NCBI GenBank assembly: GCA_030834125.1
Contig: JAURFW010000001.1
Span: forward strand, 160,200-224,199
DNA: 64,000 nucleotides
Origin: Bacteroidota bacterium
GTDB taxonomy: Bacteria > Bacteroidota > Bacteroidia > NS11-12g > UBA955
Reading direction: 5' to 3'
In this document: positions 61,201 through 64,000 of the stretch, piece by piece
Numbering within the stretch: the stretch's first letter is position 1
Layout: each line of letters opens with the position of its first letter
Notes under the pieces: generated by a model
Seen by the model: only the letters and a program-made list of their open reading frames with translations
Told to the model about the DNA's origin: nothing
The model's database searches: none
Position numbers and translations under genes: made by a program

Positions 61201-62892
61201 ATCAACATCCATCTTATATCGAGACCATTTCAACTTGTAAGGATCATTACCCCATAAAATATTGGGCTTAAGTTCCATATCAGTTCCATAGCAAGCGAAT
61301 GTATCACCAGTGGCCAACTCAACGGTTGGTGGATCTGGCACATCTATTGTATCATAATAAACAGTTGGGCAATTAGCCGAATTATTTACTGTGTGTACAA
61401 AAATGTATTTCCCACCTTTATAAAAAATCATGGTGTCAGTTCGCTTGGTACTGAAAAATAATTCCGATTTACCTGTACTATCTCGAACACTCCATTGATG
61501 CGATGCTTTACCTTGGAAGTTTGCTGGCAATGTTGCAGTCATGGCAAATCGTCCACATTTTAAAGTATCATAATGTCTTTCTGCCTCAGCTCTTGGTTTA
61601 ACTTTCACCTTGAAACTACGAATAGAAATCATTGGAGGTGTACAGTGCTGATCTGTAGCTTTTACCGTAAACGAATACGATACATCACTAGCCTGACCGC
61701 GTTTAGTTTGCCAACAGAATTCATATTCTTTTTCACGTTTCTTTGGGTCTACTACCTCAAATGTTGCTCCTGGAATACCACCATTCCATGTTGCTAAAAC
61801 AGTATCTGGAGTTTTTTGATAAGGATTGAATGTCTCGTCTGTAATCTTAATTTTCTTACATATCTTATCTCCTTCGCAGATATCCCAACTAAATGGTCCA
61901 TTGATTTTAGGTGGTTTGTTGTATCCGCACTCATCAAGTATCCACATTTGCATATCTCGCCGTGTCTTACCAACGATCACCCATTTTCCAGATGTATCTT
62001 TTCTATATTCTGTTTGTTCAATAACCAGAATTGGCACTTCATCACAATCAATGGGCTGTACGATAATATCACCATTTGTTGTGTCAAAGAAAAATCCACG
62101 TGGTGGATCAAGATTTGGTTTTGGGGTACACTTAATAGTAGTTACAGGAATACAAAAAGGGGTCATAGGAATTTGTGGAGAAAATGGAGAGGAGTAATTA
62201 ACTCTGCTCGAAGGCACACTTTGTAAACCGGGTACTAATTGATAAGATATTGAATCAAAATCTACTGTATCAATCGCACCATTATTATAGTACCAAGGAG
62301 TATTGCAGCAAAGGAAACCGACAGGTTCGTTGGATAATTGAGGAGAACTATTACAAGAGTCTCCAGCCTTTGCCACATTACACAAATTAATCATACAAGT
62401 TGTGGCAAAATTATTATTGGATGCTCCTGTAGTAATGGCACCATTTCTACAACACTGTCCTGTCCAAAAGGTAATTTCACAACATGAACTTTTACCTACC
62501 AAGTTCTTTAAGGGAGCTGTGTTGAAATCTATAGTAACTTCGAAGGTATGCTCTTCAACACCTTTACCTTGGCTAGCCGTATTAGGACTTCCACAAGGCG
62601 CAGATGCAGAGGTACAACGTGTTGATACGTCTCGAATACCAGTTCTTTTTACACCACCGATACTTCCGCCACCGCATCCATTTCCTCCTGCAGTACCTGC
62701 ATAATAATTCAGACCGATACCTCCAAGAGAGATTCCTCTACAATCTCGATAGATTTTAAATACAATTTTATATTTGCCATTACCTAAACAGGTATACTGC
62801 ATGTCTGCACCCATCATGTGCGAAGCATTACTCCCACGAGCGGCAAATAATAAAACAAAAAATAAAAGGAAATTTCGTAGTATTCTCTTCAT
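58258..62892 (-). CDS. Large Cys-rich surface protein with PKD domains and a T9SS type-B (gliding-motility-associated) C-terminal domain
   Basis: Signal peptide, ASHMMGAD, YRDC.G and CCRN; PKD motifs YLWTFGNG and YVWDFGTG; type-B CTD IPDVFTP...IFNRWGE...GWDG...GVYVY...GTITLLR. Confidence 0.9.
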   Translation of the reverse strand: MKRILRNFLLFFVLLFAARGSNASHMMGADMQYTCLGNGKYKIVFKIYRDCRGISLGGIGLNYYAGTAGGNGCGGGSIGGVKRTGIRDVSTRCTSASAPCGSPNTASQGKGVEEHTFEVTIDFNTAPLKNLVGKSSCCEITFWTGQCCRNGAITTGASNNNFATTCMINLCNVAKAGDSCNSSPQLSNEPVGFLCCNTPWYYNNGAIDTVDFDSISYQLVPGLQSVPSSRVNYSSPFSPQIPMTPFCIPVTTIKCTPKPNLDPPRGFFFDTTNGDIIVQPIDCDEVPILVIEQTEYRKDTSGKWVIVGKTRRDMQMWILDECGYNKPPKINGPFSWDICEGDKICKKIKITDETFNPYQKTPDTVLATWNGGIPGATFEVVDPKKREKEYEFCWQTKRGQASDVSYSFTVKATDQHCTPPMISIRSFKVKVKPRAEAERHYDTLKCGRFAMTATLPANFQGKASHQWSVRDSTGKSELFFSTKRTDTMIFYKGGKYIFVHTVNNSANCPTVYYDTIDVPDPPTVELATGDTFACYGTDMELKPNILWGNDPYKLKWSRYKMDVDSAGEYTLKNLLHIDGDTNNTLLVKNITSDSAIEIQVTDEDGCIFYDTAIIFLKPLPIVDLGPDKRICTYESQMFDAQNNDTVDYVWSTGDTTQIVYFNEEDNYWVKVTERDWGCVQFDTVRLDVNDTVVSIAGPDLVICNEDVIKLVADHRPIATTGSYVWTNLTQGQVLGTDMVYDVSPRNTNANGGSDQTFKYELYTKVTEGGHTCEHKDTMEILVHTLPIVKWSKNPLPSQCYDYGDILLNSFLNVGETAGVRIWGGSLYNPDNYVDSQTETRHLFLTSTLDNSLLQNGKNFREKIYGWYQDGNGCINKDSTIQIINGNPIIELVPKIYCQDLGQVSMDNNVKRPATKTGITMDWVAREVPAGVDSASVVQNLNPWGTPDWQFLFGDPTEDYYMGRYHYELCVTDILTQCRSCDTVSNVVIGEPNVKVLSPDPVCVNWDTIDLNQYVTVNGQAATNGDGGWYEVPEVNFSRTHAKVGMTLTDGHMFPPGEGPGTFLIRYSNNGTGCLKTDSFYVFVNDTPDAVLLSPLTLCSSGPDLDLNTRIDMTQTRPSSGTASWTGQYVTGNKFTPTTTLTSNIEGPYNVKLAYTDGNGCADTEIYVLQVRTQPEINITTVNPYPQCENSPFPVQSESKWSNNNVNWQVINGSDGSIDDNSSENIVYTHGTGDAVNRQAFLKVTTVPITNDVCPPVSDSIQIIIHPYPELDPLSSFNGCVPLSTNWEVIETKGIPQSQLSYLWTFGNGDSSQLQYPTGITYPTQGKYTINVTVTNNTPDGGTCATTITGVDNVEAYPNPKAYFETDPSFSTTVALPKFTMINKSSVEQLPFSPSLSYVWDFGTGDPNDTMMSENPRFAYSRDTGLYNITLYVTTSNGCKDTFTRKVHIGPDIIVFIPDVFTPDQQGPTQNERFNPVATNFKTFQMLIFNRWGEKLFETEDPNLGWDGNDKTGEPCQSGVYVYHVVITSFEDKEYVYNGTITLLR

Positions 62893-63169
62893 ATAAACTC
62901 TTTTGATTCTTTCATTATTGACACAAAGAAGTTTGTGTGTGTTGTCCCAAAGTTAATAAATTTGCTTTTCATTTTGGATAAAACCCGTAGTTTCCGAATG
63001 AGAGAAAAATATCAAGACAATGATGTTGTAGATAAAGGAAAATTAACAACATTTATTTAAATTATTGATTTTCATTACTTTAAATTCTTTTTTGACCAAT
63101 TTTTTTTTTTGAAATTTAATTGTAGCAATTAATCAGTGTAAATTCGTTGAATTAAAAACTGACATTTCT

Positions 63170-64000
63170 ATGAAATACTCATCAATATCAAGTAATCTAT
63201 TTATAAAAAATAGATCTAAACTAGCTAGTAAATTACCTTCCGGGAGTATTGCCATTTTACATAGTAATTTCGAAACTCCTAGAAATGGGGATGCCTTTTT
63301 TGCTTTTCGCCAGCAGAGTGATGTATTCTACTTAAGCGGAGTGGATCAAGAGGATACGATTGTTGTTTTATTTCCTGATTGTCCCAACCCGAATTTTCGT
63401 GAATTCATTTTTGTTAAAGAGACCAATGAGAAAATCGCTGTTTGGGATGGTGCAAGATTAACGCCAAATCAGGTATACGAGGTTTCAGGTATTCAAAATG
63501 TTTTTTGGTATCATGAATTTTGGCAAACTATACATTCCGTAATACTCATGGCCGAAAAAATCATGGTCAATTTAAATGAGAATGATCGATTTTTAAGTGA
63601 AGTTAGCTATTCAAATTATTGGTTAACGGAAAAGCTGAAAAATAAATACCCAGCACATCAATTCAGAAGGCTTGCACCTATCCTTTCTAATCTAAGAATG
63701 CAAAAAGAGGTTGAAGAAATTGAACTTCTTAAGAAAGCAATTGATATTACATATAATGGATTTTTACGTGCATTAAAATTTGTGAAGCCTGGAGTAATGG
63801 AATATGAAGTTGAAGCTGAAATTATTCACGAATTTGTCAGAAATAGAAGTAAAGGATTTGCATTTGATCCAATTATTGCTTCCGGAGAAAGTGCATGTGT
63901 GTTGCATTACATCGAGAATAACAAACAATGTAAAGATGGTGATCTAATGTTACTCGATTTTGGAGCTGAATATGCAAATTACAATGGAGACTTAACGCGT
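63170..64000 (+). CDS. pepP: Xaa-Pro aminopeptidase (aminopeptidase P), 3'-truncated by the window edge
   Basis: Not in the ORF track; translated by hand. MKYSSISSNLFIKNR...FRQQSDVFYLSGVDQE...IIASGESACVLHY...LLDFGAEYANYNGDLTR. Confidence 0.92.
   Translation, partial: MKYSSISSNLFIKNRSKLASKLPSGSIAILHSNFETPRNGDAFFAFRQQSDVFYLSGVDQEDTIVVLFPDCPNPNFREFIFVKETNEKIAVWDGARLTPNQVYEVSGIQNVFWYHEFWQTIHSVILMAEKIMVNLNENDRFLSEVSYSNYWLTEKLKNKYPAHQFRRLAPILSNLRMQKEVEEIELLKKAIDITYNGFLRALKFVKPGVMEYEVEAEIIHEFVRNRSKGFAFDPIIASGESACVLHYIENNKQCKDGDLMLLDFGAEYANYNGDLTR

Noticed and set aside
355..62704. Numerous 60-136 aa ORFs antisense to or nested in long genes (e.g. 8500, 10024, 45707, 49575, 51528, 61816, 62402)
   Set aside because: Shadow frames of well-supported genes with no recognisable motifs.
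63100..63110. T11 homopolymer in the divergent spacer, as a possible phase-variation tract
   Set aside because: It does not clearly lie between -33 and -7 elements of either gene, and such runs are common at this AT content.
1..64000. Mobile elements, prophage, CRISPR array, defence or toxin-antitoxin systems
   Set aside because: I saw no integrase, transposase, cas or phage-like ORFs, no spaced repeat array, and no duplicated tRNA 3' end at either tRNA.

Overview
AT-rich, densely packed chromosomal segment of a gliding Bacteroidota bacterium. The assignment rests on the porP-gldKLMN T9SS/gliding operon, T9SS C-terminal-domain cargo proteins, TAnnTTTG promoters and the near absence of Shine-Dalgarno sites. 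Content is almost all core: cinA (partial), guaA, fabH-plsX-rpmF-yceD, tsaC/sua5, an E2 acyltransferase, topA, lipB, lemA-TPM-TPM, uvrA, purB, clpB, DUF47-pit, thrS-infC-rpmI-rplT, fmt, rplU-rpmA, folC and pepP (partial). It also carries tRNA-Leu(CAA), tRNA-Ser(GCT) and several unknown envelope proteins. I found no mobile element, prophage, CRISPR array or defence island, and no clearly new multi-gene system. The best leads are small-scale. (1) An ECF sigma gene has a strong SD that is sequestered with its start codon in a 12-bp stem. (2) A PiT transporter carries an inserted, internally duplicated soluble domain and sits behind an 11-bp-periodic Pho-box-like array. (3) The tRNA-Leu terminator lies inside the next CDS. 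(4) clpB has a sigma54-like promoter with an upstream palindrome. (5) Many transcripts look leaderless or nearly so. (6) A large T9SS type-B surface protein is rich in O-glycosylation motifs. All functional calls come from motif recognition by eye; no searches were run.
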